Assembly: GCA_965237415.1 (NCBI GenBank)
Contig: CBDEFM010000002.1
Coordinates: 2,176,001-2,240,000 of the forward strand
Length of the DNA: 64,000 nucleotides
Direction: 5' to 3'
From: Alphaproteobacteria bacterium
GTDB taxonomy: Bacteria; Pseudomonadota; Alphaproteobacteria; UBA828
This document shows, one piece after another, positions 1 to 10,439 of this stretch (positions are counted from its first letter, which is position 1; every line of letters begins with the position of its first letter). Position numbers and translations under genes: made by a program. Below the pieces are notes generated by a model. It did not search any database. It saw only the letters and a list, made by a program, of their open reading frames with translations, and had not been told where the DNA came from.

Positions 1-614
1 ACGACTATGTCATGGGCGACATCGCGCTCTTCGAAGCCGGCTTGAGCGCCGAGGACGACGGCTACGACGCCGTCTGCATCGACACGATGAGCGATTCCGG
101 CATGAACGCGCTCCGCTCCGTGCTCGACATCCCGGTGATCGGGCCGGGGCGGGCCTCCTTCATGACCGCGCTGATGCTCGGCAACCGCTTCTCGGTTGTG
201 ACCCAGTGGGACGGCTGGATCCCGCTTTACAAGAAGGGCACGCAGGAATACGGCGTCGCCGACAGGCTCGCCTCCATCCGCTCCATCAACGTGATGCCGG
301 ACGTCGAGAACCTGCTCGGCGGCAAGGAGGAGGTGGTCTTCCCCAAGCTGGTGGACTGCGCCATGCGCTGCATCGAGGAAGACGGCGCCGAGGTGATCCT
401 GCTGGGCTCCACCACCATGCACCAGGCGCACGGCCACATGGCCGCCAACCTGCCGGTGCCGGTCATCAACCCCGGCCCGCTCACCTACAAGCTCGCCGAG
501 TTTGTGCTCGGCTTAGGGCTAACCCACAGCCGCAAGGCCTACCCCAAGCCGAGCGTGCCGAAGCCCGCCATGATCCACGCGATGATGGACGGCGCGGCCT
601 CGGTCGGCGACTGA
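1..614 (+). CDS. Asp/Glu/hydantoin racemase family protein, 5' end probably outside the window
   Basis: Frame is open from the window start; racemase-like segments 'DGYDAVCID..SDSG..ALRSVLDIPVIG', 'EDGAEVILLG', 'LPVPVINP'. Confidence 0.8.
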   Translation, partial: DYVMGDIALFEAGLSAEDDGYDAVCIDTMSDSGMNALRSVLDIPVIGPGRASFMTALMLGNRFSVVTQWDGWIPLYKKGTQEYGVADRLASIRSINVMPDVENLLGGKEEVVFPKLVDCAMRCIEEDGAEVILLGSTTMHQAHGHMAANLPVPVINPGPLTYKLAEFVLGLGLTHSRKAYPKPSVPKPAMIHAMMDGAASVGD

Positions 615-632
615 CCAGCGGGGGAGCATAGG

Positions 633-1424
633 ATGGCAGGACGACTGGAGGGCCGCGTCGCGCTCGTCACCGGTGCTGCGAAGGGCATCGGCAAGGCCTG
701 CGCCCGCGCGCTCGCGGCGGAGGACGCGCCGGTCGCGCTCGCCGATATCGACAGGGAGGGAGGCGAGGCGCTCGCGGCCGAACTCGCGGCGGGCGGTGCG
801 GAGACGATGTTCGTCGCCCTCGACGTCACCCAGGAAGCCGATTGGGAGGCCGCGATCCCGGCCATCGTCGACCGCTTCGGCGGCCTCGACGTGCTCGTGA
901 ACAATGCCGGCGTCGGCATCATCGAGCCGCTGCCGGAGGTGACGCTGGAGAGCTGGCGCAAGAGCATGTCGGTCAACGTCGACGGCGTCTTCCTCGGCAC
1001 CAAGCACGCCATGGGCGCGATGCGCGCGGGCGGCTCGATCATCAACATCTCGTCGATCCTCGGTTTCACCAGCATCCCGGGGCTCTCCGCCTACAGCGCG
1101 ACCAAGGGGGCGGTCAGGCTCTTCAGCAAGGGGGCGGCGCTCGACGGCGCCAAGGACGAGCGGCGCATCCGGGTGAACTCGATCCACCCCGGCTACATCC
1201 ATACCGAGATGATGGAGGCCACCTGCTACCGCGACTACGGCAGCCTGGAGGCGGGGCTGGCGGCGCTCGCCAAGCAGCACCCCATCGGCCGGGTCGGCAA
1301 GCCCGAGGACATCGCCAACGGCGTGGTCTTCCTCGCGTCCGAGGAATCGAGCTTCATCACCGGCACCGAGCTGGTGATCGATGGCGGCTACCTGGCGGTC
1401 GGCGGCTATTCGGTCGTGCCGTAG
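633..1424 (+). CDS. Short-chain dehydrogenase/reductase (SDR)
   Basis: TGAAKGIG, NNAG and YSATK motifs; C-terminal 'ITGTELVIDGG'. Confidence 0.92.
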   Translation: MAGRLEGRVALVTGAAKGIGKACARALAAEDAPVALADIDREGGEALAAELAAGGAETMFVALDVTQEADWEAAIPAIVDRFGGLDVLVNNAGVGIIEPLPEVTLESWRKSMSVNVDGVFLGTKHAMGAMRAGGSIINISSILGFTSIPGLSAYSATKGAVRLFSKGAALDGAKDERRIRVNSIHPGYIHTEMMEATCYRDYGSLEAGLAALAKQHPIGRVGKPEDIANGVVFLASEESSFITGTELVIDGGYLAVGGYSVVP

Positions 1425-1484
1425 ACGGCGCGCTGATGATGGCGACGGCGACAGCCTCTGTCGTCATTTGTCGGGGAGAACGAA

Positions 1485-1609
1485 GAGAAACACCCCCACC
1501 TCACCCCGGCCCTCTCCTCCCCGAGGGGAGGAGAGGGAGCACGCGCAGGTGCCGCCTGCGTCCCCCCTCCGCCTTTGGGGGAGGGGGACAGGGGGAGGTG
1601 GGGTTTCTC
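1485..1609. repeat. Palindromic intergenic repeat element (CIR/RPE/REP-like)
   Basis: Imperfect terminal inverted repeats GAGAAACACCCCCACCTC / GAGGTGGGGTTTCTC enclosing hairpins CCCTCTCCTCCCC-GA-GGGGAGGAGAGGG and TCCCCCCTCC..GGGGGAGGGGGA. Confidence 0.75.
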
Positions 1610-1640
1610 GGCCCAGGCCGAAGCGAGCGGAGGGAGCATC

Positions 1641-2657
1641 ATGAACGCGGTCACCAATCGCCAGATCAGGCTCGCGGCGCGGCCGGTGGGCATGCCGAAA
1701 GGGAGCGACTTTTCGCTGGCCGAGGAGCCGGTGCCCGAGCCCCGGCCCGGCCAGGCGCTGGTGCGGGTACTCTATCTCTCCCTCGACCCCTACATGCGGG
1801 GGCGGATGAGCGCAGCGAAGTCCTACGCGGCGCCGGTCGCCATCGGCGACGTGATGACAGGCGGCGCGGTGGGGGAGGTCGTCCGCTCGGAGGCCGCGGG
1901 CCTCAAGCCGGGCGATCTGGTGGAGGGCATGTTCGGCTGGCAGGAATACGCGCTCTGCTCGCGCGGCAGCGCGCGGGTGCTGCCCGAGTCCGGCCATCCG
2001 GCTTCTTACGCGCTCGGCATTCTCGGCATGCCCGGCGCCACCGCCTATTTCGGCCTGCTGGAGGTGGGCCAGCCGCACCCCGGCGACACGGTGGTGGTCT
2101 CTGCGGCCTCGGGTGCCGTCGGCGCGGCGGTGGGCCAGATCGCCAAGATCGGCGGCTGCCGTGTCGTCGGCACGGTCGGCAGTGATGAGAAAGCCGCGTA
2201 TGTGACCGAGGAGCTGGGCTTCGACGCCGCGATCAACTACCGCACGGCGAACGACATCGGCGCCGCACTGGACGAGGCCTGCCCCGATGGCGTGGATGTC
2301 AATTTCGACAACGTCGGCGGCCCGATGACCGATGCGGTGATGCAACGCCTCGCCTTCAAGGCGCGTGTAGTGGTCTGCGGCAATATCCACCACTACACGC
2401 TGACCGAGCCTTACGTCGGGCCAAGCCATCTGCGCTACATCCTCATCAACCGGGCGCGGGTCGAAGGCTTCCTCGTGCTCGACTGGCTCGATCGTTATCC
2501 GGAGGCCTTCGCCCGGCTCGCCGCGTGGCTCGACGAGGGCCGGATGTCTTACAAGGAACATGTGATCGAGGGGCTGGAGAACGCGCCCGAGGGGCTTGGC
2601 ATGCTCTTCGAGGGACGCAACTTCGGCAAGCTCGTGGTCAAGGTGGCGGAGCGCTGA
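1641..2657 (+). CDS. NADP-dependent oxidoreductase (MDR, prostaglandin reductase/CurA-like)
   Basis: 'YLSLDPYMRGRM', 'LGMPGATAYFGL', 'SAASGAVG', 'GRNFGKLVV'; ATG at 1641 after GGAG. Confidence 0.92.
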   Translation: MNAVTNRQIRLAARPVGMPKGSDFSLAEEPVPEPRPGQALVRVLYLSLDPYMRGRMSAAKSYAAPVAIGDVMTGGAVGEVVRSEAAGLKPGDLVEGMFGWQEYALCSRGSARVLPESGHPASYALGILGMPGATAYFGLLEVGQPHPGDTVVVSAASGAVGAAVGQIAKIGGCRVVGTVGSDEKAAYVTEELGFDAAINYRTANDIGAALDEACPDGVDVNFDNVGGPMTDAVMQRLAFKARVVVCGNIHHYTLTEPYVGPSHLRYILINRARVEGFLVLDWLDRYPEAFARLAAWLDEGRMSYKEHVIEGLENAPEGLGMLFEGRNFGKLVVKVAER

Positions 2658-2661
2658 AACG

Positions 2662-3762
2662 ATGCCTCCGGCGACGACCCAGACGGGGGTCAACGCCCCG
2701 GAATCGACGGTCGTCCTGCTTATCGAGGACATCTTCGGGGCCCTCGGCTTCACCGGGCCTGAGCGCGCGGTGCTGACCGAGACCCTGCTGGAAGCGAGCC
2801 GCGCGGGCTATCACTCTCACGGCGTGATGCGCATCCCCACCTTCGCCGAAAACACGCGGGACGGGATGATCGCGCCGGCGGCGGCGCCGGTCGTGGTGCA
2901 CGAGACCGAGGCTGCGGCGATGATCGATGCTCGCCATTGCCTCGGCCCGGTCTCCTGCGTCTTCGCCGTGGAGCGGGCCAGTGCCAAGGCGCGGGCTCAG
3001 GGCATCGGCTGTGCCGCCGTGCGCAATGGCAACGACGTGGCCCGCCTGGGTGCCTATGTCGGCGGGCCGGCACGGGCGGGCCTCATGACGCTCCTCCTGG
3101 TGAACGACGCGGGCGGCGGCGCCTGCGTCGCGCCCTTCGGCAGCGCCGCGCCCTTCCTCAGCACCAATCCCTTGGCCTGCGGCATCCCGCGCGCGCCCGG
3201 CACGCCGCCGCTGGTGATCGACATCTCGACCTCCGTCGTGGCCCTCGGCAAGATCCGGATGGCCGTGAACCAGGGCGAGGCCGTGCCCGAGGGCTGGCTC
3301 ATCGACCGCGCGGGCAAGACGACCACGGAGCCTGGCGGCTTCTTCGACACGCCCCGGAGCGCGTCGCTCCTGCCGCTCGGCGGCGCGGCGGACGGCCACA
3401 AGGGTTTTCTGCTCAGCCTGATTATCGAGGCGTTCGCCGGCGCGCTCGCCGGTGCGGGCATGAGCCGGGGCAATGAGAATGAGGACCAGGGCAACGGCCT
3501 CTTCGTGCTCGCCGCCGACCCGCAGGCGCTCGGCATGGGGCCTGAGTTCGTGCGGGCAATGGAGGAATTCGTCGCCGGGCTGGAGGCGCTCCCGCCCGCC
3601 GAAGGCAGCACGGGCGTGCGCCTCCCCGGCGTGCGTGCCGGGAGCGAGCCCGGCGGCAGCTTCCCCATCGACGGGCGCACCTGGGCGCGGATCACGGCGA
3701 TCCTCGACGCCCTCTCGCTCGGCACCGACTACGCGGTGACGCCCGCCGCGGGCGGGGAGTAG
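2662..3762 (+). CDS. Ldh_2 family (malate/L-lactate/ureidoglycolate dehydrogenase-like) oxidoreductase
   Basis: 'GYHSHGVMR', '[10 protein letters not shown]', 'GHKGFLLS', 'VRLPG'. Confidence 0.85.
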   Translation: MPPATTQTGVNAPESTVVLLIEDIFGALGFTGPERAVLTETLLEASRAGYHSHGVMRIPTFAENTRDGMIAPAAAPVVVHETEAAAMIDARHCLGPVSCVFAVERASAKARAQGIGCAAVRNGNDVARLGAYVGGPARAGLMTLLLVNDAGGGACVAPFGSAAPFLSTNPLACGIPRAPGTPPLVIDISTSVVALGKIRMAVNQGEAVPEGWLIDRAGKTTTEPGGFFDTPRSASLLPLGGAADGHKGFLLSLIIEAFAGALAGAGMSRGNENEDQGNGLFVLAADPQALGMGPEFVRAMEEFVAGLEALPPAEGSTGVRLPGVRAGSEPGGSFPIDGRTWARITAILDALSLGTDYAVTPAAGGE

Positions 3763-3770
3763 CAGCCCCC

Positions 3771-4622
3771 GTGAGCGACACGAGCGACGCCACGGCGCGA
3801 AAGGAACGCGCTCGCACGTGGTTCGAAGCGCTCCGGGACCAAATCTGCGCCGCCTTCGAGGCGATCGAGGACGAGGCGGCGTCAGCGGGCGAGCGGCCCG
3901 GCCGCTTCGAGCGTAAGCCTTGGGAGCGCCCCGGCGGCGGCGGCGGCGTGATGTCGATCATGCGGGGCCGGGTGTTCGAGAAAGTCGGCGTCAACGTCTC
4001 GACCGTGCACGGCACCTTCTCCGAGACCTTCCGCCAGGCGGTGACAGGCGCCGCAGAGGACGGCCGCTTCTGGGCGAGCGGCATTTCCGTCGTGGCTCAC
4101 ATGCGCTCGCCGCTCGTGCCGGCGGTCCACATGAACACGCGCCACATCGTCACCAGCACGTGGTGGTTCGGCGGCGGCAGCGATCTCACGCCCACCTATC
4201 CAGACGAGCGCGACACGGCAGACTTTCACACCGCGATGAGAGAGGCCTGCGAGCGCCACGACGCGGCTTACTATCCGCGCTTCAAGGCGTGGTGCGATCG
4301 CTACTTCCACCTCGCCCACCGAAATGAATCCCGCGGCGTCGGCGGCATCTTCTACGACGACCTCAACAGCGGCGATTGGGAGGCGGACTTCGCCTTCACC
4401 CAGGATGTCGGCCGCGCCTTCCTCGTTGTCTATCCGGCGATCGTGCGCCGCCGCATGGCGGAGCCCTGGACCGAGGAACAGCGCCAGCACCAGCTCGTGC
4501 GCCGCGGCCGGTATGTCGAGTTCAACCTGCTCTACGACCGCGGCACGCGCTTCGGGCTGGAGACCGGCGGCAATCCTGAGGCGATCCTGATGTCGCTCCC
4601 GCCCGAGGTGCACTGGCCCTGA
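3771..4622 (+). CDS. hemF: Oxygen-dependent coproporphyrinogen III oxidase
   Basis: '[10 protein letters not shown]', '[10 protein letters not shown]', '[20 protein letters not shown]', 'ILMSLPP'. Confidence 0.97.
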   Translation: MSDTSDATARKERARTWFEALRDQICAAFEAIEDEAASAGERPGRFERKPWERPGGGGGVMSIMRGRVFEKVGVNVSTVHGTFSETFRQAVTGAAEDGRFWASGISVVAHMRSPLVPAVHMNTRHIVTSTWWFGGGSDLTPTYPDERDTADFHTAMREACERHDAAYYPRFKAWCDRYFHLAHRNESRGVGGIFYDDLNSGDWEADFAFTQDVGRAFLVVYPAIVRRRMAEPWTEEQRQHQLVRRGRYVEFNLLYDRGTRFGLETGGNPEAILMSLPPEVHWP

Positions 4623-4675
4623 CCGGCGCCGGCCACTCTCTTGCGGCGGTTGCGGCGGCCTCGTAGCGTATCCGC

Positions 4676-5974
4676 ATGCAGAACGCGGGAAACGAGGGCG
4701 GAGCCGAAGCCAGCGCAGCGCTCAGCGGCAAGCGGGTACTGCTGGTGATCGCAGGCGGCATCGCCGCCTACAAATGCCTCGACCTCATCAGGCGGCTCAG
4801 GGAGAGCGGCGCCCAGGTGCGCTGCATCCTGACCCGTGCCGGCGCCGAATTCGTGACTCCGCTGTCGGTCGAGACCCTCGCCGGCGGGACGGCCTTCACC
4901 GACACGCTCGCGCTGACCGCCGAGAGCGACATCGCCCACATCCGGCTGGGGCAGGAGGCCGATATCGTGGTGGTGGCGCCTGCGACCGCCGACATCATGG
5001 CGAAGATGGCGCACGGCATCGCGGACGATCTGGCGACCTCGACGCTGCTCGCCACCGACAAGCCAGTGCTCGCGGCGCCCGCGATGAACACGCGGATGTG
5101 GCACCATCCCGCGACGGCGCGCAATCGCGCGCGGCTGGAAGCCGACGGTGTGCGCTTCGTCGGCCCCAATGACGGCCCGCTGGCGGAGGGCGAAAGCGGC
5201 CCCGGCCGGATGGCGGAGGTGCCGGAGATTGTGGCCGCCATCGCCGACATCCTGAACGCGACCCGGCCCCGCCCGCTCGCCGGCCTGCGTGTGCTCGTCA
5301 CCAGCGGCCCGACCTATGAGCCCATCGACCCGGTGCGCTTCCTCGGCAACCGGTCTTCCGGCAAGCAGGGCCACGCGATCGCGGCCGCCTGCGCCGAGGC
5401 GGGCGCCCGCGTGATGCTCGTCTCGGGCCCGACCGGGCAGCCGGCACCGGCCGGCGTCGAGACGGTGCGAATCGAGACCGCCGAGGAGATGCTAACCGCC
5501 TGCGAGCAGGGCCTCCCCGCCGACATCGCCATCTGCGCGGCGGCGGTCTCCGACTGGCGGGCGGCGGCGCCCCAGGAGCGGAAGATCAAGAAGCCCCGAG
5601 GGGGCGCGGGCCGCGGCGACGGCGCTCCAACCCTGGAACTTGCCGAAAACCCGGACATCCTGGCCCACCTGAGTGCCCCCGGCCCGAAGCGCCCGCGCCT
5701 GGTGATCGGCTTCGCCGCCGAGACCGAGGACTTGGAGGCGAACGCCGCCGCCAAGCTCGCGGCCAAGGGCTGCGACTGGATTCTTGCCAATCAGGTGGCG
5801 GAGGGCGGCAACGTCTTCGGCAGCGACGACAATCTCATCCACCTCCTCACGCGCACCGAGGGCGATGGGGCGCCGGCAGTCGAGCGCTGGCCCCGCATGA
5901 GCAAGGCCGAGGTCGCGGCGCGGCTGGTCGCGCACATCGCGCAAGCACTCTCCGCCGGCGCCGACCCCGCATGA
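4676..5974 (+). CDS. coaBC: Bifunctional phosphopantothenoylcysteine decarboxylase/phosphopantothenate-cysteine ligase
   Basis: 'GGIAAYK', 'APAMNTRMW', '[22 protein letters not shown]', 'GFAAET'; followed by dut. Confidence 0.97.
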   Translation: MQNAGNEGGAEASAALSGKRVLLVIAGGIAAYKCLDLIRRLRESGAQVRCILTRAGAEFVTPLSVETLAGGTAFTDTLALTAESDIAHIRLGQEADIVVVAPATADIMAKMAHGIADDLATSTLLATDKPVLAAPAMNTRMWHHPATARNRARLEADGVRFVGPNDGPLAEGESGPGRMAEVPEIVAAIADILNATRPRPLAGLRVLVTSGPTYEPIDPVRFLGNRSSGKQGHAIAAACAEAGARVMLVSGPTGQPAPAGVETVRIETAEEMLTACEQGLPADIAICAAAVSDWRAAAPQERKIKKPRGGAGRGDGAPTLELAENPDILAHLSAPGPKRPRLVIGFAAETEDLEANAAAKLAAKGCDWILANQVAEGGNVFGSDDNLIHLLTRTEGDGAPAVERWPRMSKAEVAARLVAHIAQALSAGADPA

Positions 5975-6450
5975 GCGCAGCGGTGGAGACACCGGTCGAG
6001 GTCACGGTCACGCGCCTCGCCCATGGGCAGGACCTGCCGCTGCCGGGCTACGCCAGCGCCGGCAGCGCCGGCCTCGATCTCTACGCCGCCGCCGGCCCGC
6101 TCTCTCTCGCACCGGGGGCGCGCACCCTGGTTGCGACCGGGCTCGTGCTCGCGCTGCCTGAGGGCTTCGAGGGCCAGATCAGGCCGCGCTCGGGCCTTGC
6201 GCTGGAGCATGGCGTGACCGTGCTCAACAGCCCCGGCACGATCGATTCGGACTATCGGGGCGAGATCGGCGTGCTGCTCGTCAATCTGGGCGAGGTCCCG
6301 TTCGTCGTGGAGCGCGGCATGCGCATCGCCCAGCTCGTGATCGCGCCGGTTTGCCGGGCGCGGCTGGTGGAGGGCGAAGTGCCGCCGAGCGACAGGGGCG
6401 CCGGCGGCTTCGGCTCGACCGGATCAGGCCTTCCCGAGGGTGACGCCTGA
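5971..6450 (+). CDS. dut: dUTP diphosphatase
   Basis: 'SAGLDL', 'RPRSGLA', '[10 protein letters not shown]', '[10 protein letters not shown]'; ATGA overlap with coaBC. Confidence 0.97.
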   Translation: MSAAVETPVEVTVTRLAHGQDLPLPGYASAGSAGLDLYAAAGPLSLAPGARTLVATGLVLALPEGFEGQIRPRSGLALEHGVTVLNSPGTIDSDYRGEIGVLLVNLGEVPFVVERGMRIAQLVIAPVCRARLVEGEVPPSDRGAGGFGSTGSGLPEGDA

Positions 6451-6498
6451 CCGACGGGAAGGGTGTGGCTCGTTCTCCCCGTCATTGAGAAATGCGGG

Positions 6499-7014
6499 TT
6501 AATCGAGCGGCGGCCGGCGATCCGTCGTGGGAAAGGCTTCCTGATAGGCCCGTGCCGCGCGTAGCGTGCGCGCATCGTCGTAGATGGGGCCGACGATCTG
6601 CAGACCGACCGGCAGCCCGCCGGCGGTAAAGCCGCACGGAACCGTGGCCGCCGGCTGGCGAGAGAAGTTGAAGGGAAAGGTCGGCAACTCCCACACCCAG
6701 GCGCGCTCGCGATCCCACTCGGGCGGGAACGCATGCGCGATCCCGAACGGCGAGACGATCGCCGTCGGTGTCAGCAGCAGGTCGTAGGTCTCGTGAAACT
6801 CGCGCATGCGATGGGCAAGAAGATCCCGCTGGCGCTCGGCTTCGACGAAGTCCTCGAGGGCGATGTCCTTCACCTCCTCAAGCGCCTCGCGCGTCTCGTC
6901 TCCCAAGTCGGCGAGCCGATCGTCGGAGAACCGGGCCTTGAGCCCGGCCGCGAGGATCGGCGACCAGATGGTGTTGAAGATGTGAATGGGATCGTCGAAC
7001 GGCGGCGCAACCTC
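6499..7014 (-). pseudogene. Amidase-signature family, 3' fragment only
   Basis: C-terminal amidase motifs 'YDLLLTPT', 'FPFNFSRQPAATVPCG', 'GLPVGLQIVG'; no GGSSGG signature or N-terminal domain, upstream DNA is the PhyH gene. Confidence 0.8.
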
Positions 7015-7909
7015 GCACCATCCTGTGTTCGTCGCGCTGATTGGCGTAGATCGACGTGTTCTGACCATCCCAGCGGGGCGGCATGGGGCAGGGCCGTGGA
7101 TCGACATGGGGTTCCGCCACGGGCGCACCGCGCACGACTTCGCCGCCATGAACCGACCGCGCCGGCGGATCGAGCTCGGTGTAGGGCGTTGCGTCCGCCG
7201 CGGCGTAGGCGTTGAGCAGCAGGGGGCGGCCCTCGTCGCTGTCGCTCGGCGGCGAGCCGTGGATCGTGCGGCAGTTGTGAACGGTGAGCGAGCCCGCCGG
7301 CGCGGTCAGATATCTGGCCTTCGCCAGGTCCAGAGTCGCGACATCGGCTTCCGACAGGCATCCCGCCCAATGGCCGTCCGCGTCGTAGTGGTCGTAGAGA
7401 GGCTCCTCGTGGCTCCCGTCGATCACGGCGACCGGGCCATGCGCCATCTCGGTGTCGGCCAGATAGAGGCCGATCGTAAGCGGGCTGTAATTGCTGTGGG
7501 GATAGAACGGAATGTCCTGATGCCATCCGACCCCATCCGCACCGTCGTTCCACTTGAAGTTGAGCTTCGAGTGGTGAAAGACGGCGTTGCTCCCGACCAG
7601 GTCGGCGGCGATATCGGCAACGATCCCCGTTGCGAACGCCCAATAGTCGTCGTGCCGCTGGTCGGGCGTGTTCAGGCGGCGGAGCCGCGGCTTTGCGGCG
7701 CTATGGCCGGGCGCGAGGTCGAAGGCGCCGTCTTCCGGGGTCACGGTACGGCTCGCCTCTACGAACGAGGCCGTCACTGCGCGAAGCCGTTCGAGCCATG
7801 CCGGCTCGATGAGGTGTTCCAGCAACAGATATCCACGCTGGAAGTAGAACTCCCGCTGGTCCTGGGTTAGCACCCTGGCCCGCTGGGCGAAGATTTCTTG
7901 GGTCAACAT
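6878..7909 (-). CDS. Phytanoyl-CoA dioxygenase (PhyH) family Fe(II)/2-oxoglutarate dioxygenase with a read-through C-terminal tail
   Basis: 'WHQD', 'HNCRTIHGS' and 'GRPLL' motifs; the last ~45 aa read out of frame over the amidase fragment. Confidence 0.85.
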   Translation of the reverse strand: MLTQEIFAQRARVLTQDQREFYFQRGYLLLEHLIEPAWLERLRAVTASFVEASRTVTPEDGAFDLAPGHSAAKPRLRRLNTPDQRHDDYWAFATGIVADIAADLVGSNAVFHHSKLNFKWNDGADGVGWHQDIPFYPHSNYSPLTIGLYLADTEMAHGPVAVIDGSHEEPLYDHYDADGHWAGCLSEADVATLDLAKARYLTAPAGSLTVHNCRTIHGSPPSDSDEGRPLLLNAYAAADATPYTELDPPARSVHGGEVVRGAPVAEPHVDPRPCPMPPRWDGQNTSIYANQRDEHRMVRGCAAVRRSHSHLQHHLVADPRGRAQGPVLRRSARRLGRRDARGA

Positions 7910-7931
7910 GGCGCCATATCCCGCGCGCCCG

Positions 7932-8696
7932 CTATTCGTTTCCGCCGCCGAAGCTCTTCACCCGCTCGGCCGTCTCGGGGTCGAGGAAGCGCCGTACCGT
8001 CGCCTCGGTCTCGAGCGCCAGCGCGCCCTCGACATCGAGGGAGCCCGCCCGGTTGAGCACCCGCTTGAGGTCGCGCACAGCGGCCTGGGGCAGGGCGGCA
8101 ATGCGCGCCGCCGTCTCGTGCGCCGTCTCGAACACGGCGTCGTCCGGCACCACCCGCCAGGCAAGGCCCATCTCGTGGGCCTCCGCCGCGCTGAAGGTTT
8201 CGCCGAGCAGCATGAGCTCGCGGGTCTTCGCCAGTCCCACGATGCGGGGCAGGATCGCCGTCACGCCCCCGGTCGGGAACATGCCCCACCTGATCTCGGG
8301 GAAGAAGCACTTCGCGCTCTCGGCGAAGACGGCGAGGTCGCAGTTGATCGCCCATTCCAGCCCGCCGCCCACGGCCCAGCCGTGGATCGCGCCAACCACC
8401 ACCTTGTCGCCCAGAACGAGGCGGCGCGAGACGTCCTGGATCGCCTCGATGAAGGCCCGTGTCTCCGCTTCGCCGGCGGTCTGGTTCTCGATGTCCTTGA
8501 GATCGTCCCCCGAGCAGAAGGCGCGCCCCGCTCCGCGCAGGACCAGCGCGCCGACCTTGTCGTCGGCGAGCGCCCTATCGAGCGCCGCGCAGAGATCCGC
8601 AAGCAGCACGGCATTCAACGCGTTCAGCCGCTCCGGCCGGTTGAGGGTCAGCGTCGCGACGCCATCCGTGATTCCTGTGAGAACAGTGCCTGCCAT
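7932..8696 (-). CDS. Enoyl-CoA hydratase/isomerase family protein
   Basis: 'TLNRPERLNAL', 'AFCSGDDL', 'GWAVGGGLE', 'FPE..WGMFP'. Confidence 0.92.
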   Translation of the reverse strand: MAGTVLTGITDGVATLTLNRPERLNALNAVLLADLCAALDRALADDKVGALVLRGAGRAFCSGDDLKDIENQTAGEAETRAFIEAIQDVSRRLVLGDKVVVGAIHGWAVGGGLEWAINCDLAVFAESAKCFFPEIRWGMFPTGGVTAILPRIVGLAKTRELMLLGETFSAAEAHEMGLAWRVVPDDAVFETAHETAARIAALPQAAVRDLKRVLNRAGSLDVEGALALETEATVRRFLDPETAERVKSFGGGNE

Positions 8697-8698
8697 CG

Positions 8699-9997
8699 TC
8701 AGTCCTCCCGGATCAGGCGCTTCGTCTTGCCGCCCGTACGCGGCATCGATGCCGCAGGCAGCAGCGTCACGCTGGCCGAGGCGCGGAGCGTGGCCTTGAT
8801 CGCGTCTTCCACGCTGAGGGCGAGCGCGCCCGAGGCCTCGGCACCCTCCGCAAGCTCCACCTCCACCGGCAGCCGATCATAGGGGCCGCTGCCCTTGAGG
8901 CGGATACGGAACTCGCCGGACAGCGCGTCGAACCCGCCGATCGCCCCGCCGACGGCAGTGGGGAAGACGTTGATGCCCCGCACCACCACCATATCGTCGC
9001 TGCGGCCGAGAACCCGGAAGCGGGTCGCCTCGCGCCCGCAGGCGCAGGCGCCCTCGCCAGTGATGGCGATCACGTCGTTGGTGCGAAAGCGCACCAGCGG
9101 CTGCGCCTCCCTGGCGAGGTGGGTCAGCACCAGCTCGCCGCTCGCGCCCTCCCGCCACGGCACGACGTCGCCGTTCTCCGGCTCGATCAGCTCCGCATGG
9201 AGCACGTCGTGGCCCAGGAAGTGAAGGTCGTTGTTCGCCGCGCACTGGCTCGCGAAGTTACTGAATACGTCGGAGATGCCGTAGTTGGCATTGCGCGGGG
9301 CGAACCCCCACACCGCTTCGAGGCGCGCACGGAAGCTCGGCTCGTCAAGGCCGGCCTCGCCGCCGAAGAGGGCGAGCCTGAGCCCGAGGTCGCGCGGCGC
9401 AAGGCCGGGGAACTGCTCGGCGATGGTGCGTTCCAGGGCGGCGGGGTAGGAGGGCGTGCAATGGATCGCGGCGACCTTGAGGTCCAGGATCGTGCGCACC
9501 AGCAGCGCACTGTCTCCCACGCCGAAGGGGATCACCGTCGCGCCCGCCGCCTCCAGGGCGAGGTGGTCGCTCACGCCCCCCATCCACATCTGATAGTTTA
9601 GGCAATGGACCGTGAGTGTGCCGGGCGTCAGCCCCGCGGTGCGGAAGGAGCGGGCGCCGACCTCGGCCGTCTGTGCCGCGTCGGCCTCGGTCTGGGCAAT
9701 GTTCATCGCCTGGCCGGTGGTGCCGGAGGTGCGGTGCAGGCGGACGACGCGCTCGGGCGCGGCCGCGAGATAGTCGCCGAAGGGCGGATGCGCAGACTGG
9801 GACTCCCGCAGCATCCCCTTATCGCAGAAGGGGAGAGCGGGCAGATCCTCCAGCCGCTCCGGCACCCGTTGGCCGGCCCAAAGCCGGGCCAAGAAGGGTG
9901 ATCGCTCGAAGACGTAGGCTCGCTGGACGCGCCAGCGCTCCTGCCGCAGCGTGGCGATGTCGTCCGGTGAAGGAGAGCCCTCGTCTACACGGCTCAC
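8699..9997 (-). CDS. Phenylacetate-CoA ligase (PaaK-like) family protein
   Basis: 'TSGTTG', 'YGISD', 'GELVLTHLAREAQPLVRFRTND', 'GRSDDM..RGINVFP'; GTG start at 9997 inferred. Confidence 0.88.
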   Translation of the reverse strand: MSRVDEGSPSPDDIATLRQERWRVQRAYVFERSPFLARLWAGQRVPERLEDLPALPFCDKGMLRESQSAHPPFGDYLAAAPERVVRLHRTSGTTGQAMNIAQTEADAAQTAEVGARSFRTAGLTPGTLTVHCLNYQMWMGGVSDHLALEAAGATVIPFGVGDSALLVRTILDLKVAAIHCTPSYPAALERTIAEQFPGLAPRDLGLRLALFGGEAGLDEPSFRARLEAVWGFAPRNANYGISDVFSNFASQCAANNDLHFLGHDVLHAELIEPENGDVVPWREGASGELVLTHLAREAQPLVRFRTNDVIAITGEGACACGREATRFRVLGRSDDMVVVRGINVFPTAVGGAIGGFDALSGEFRIRLKGSGPYDRLPVEVELAEGAEASGALALSVEDAIKATLRASASVTLLPAASMPRTGGKTKRLIRED

Positions 9998-10109
9998 ATG
10001 GCGCACTCCCTGGAGGCCTCGATTAATTCCTTCGATCTTCCCGGTATCGTCATCGTATCGTGGTGGGCCGTCCGAGACGACACAAGGCCCGATCCAGCGC
10101 GCAGGAACG

Positions 10110-10439
10110 ATGAGACCAGCCGCAGACAGCGATAGGGAGAAGGGGACCGCCGAGCCGGTGCTGCGCGTGCGCGGCCTGACGACCCATTTCGAGCTGTCGA
10201 CACATACAATAAGGGCCGTCGACGGCGTCGATCTCGATGTCGCTCGCGGGCAGACCGTTTGCCTGGTGGGCGAGTCAGGCTCCGGCAAGTCCGCTACCGG
10301 CCTGTCGATCCTTCGGCTGGTCCCGGCTCCTGGGAGGATCGTCGAGGGCGAAATCACGCTTAACGGCGTCAACCTGCTCGATCTCGACAGCAAGGCGATG
10401 GAAGCGGTGCGCGGGTCCGAGGCGACCATGGTCTTCCAG
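10110..10439 (+). pseudogene. Peptide ABC transporter ATP-binding protein (DppD/OppD-like), 5' fragment
   Basis: 'AVDGVDL..GQTVCLVGESGSGKS' Walker A, similarity ends abruptly at the Q-loop 'MVFQ'. Confidence 0.85.
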
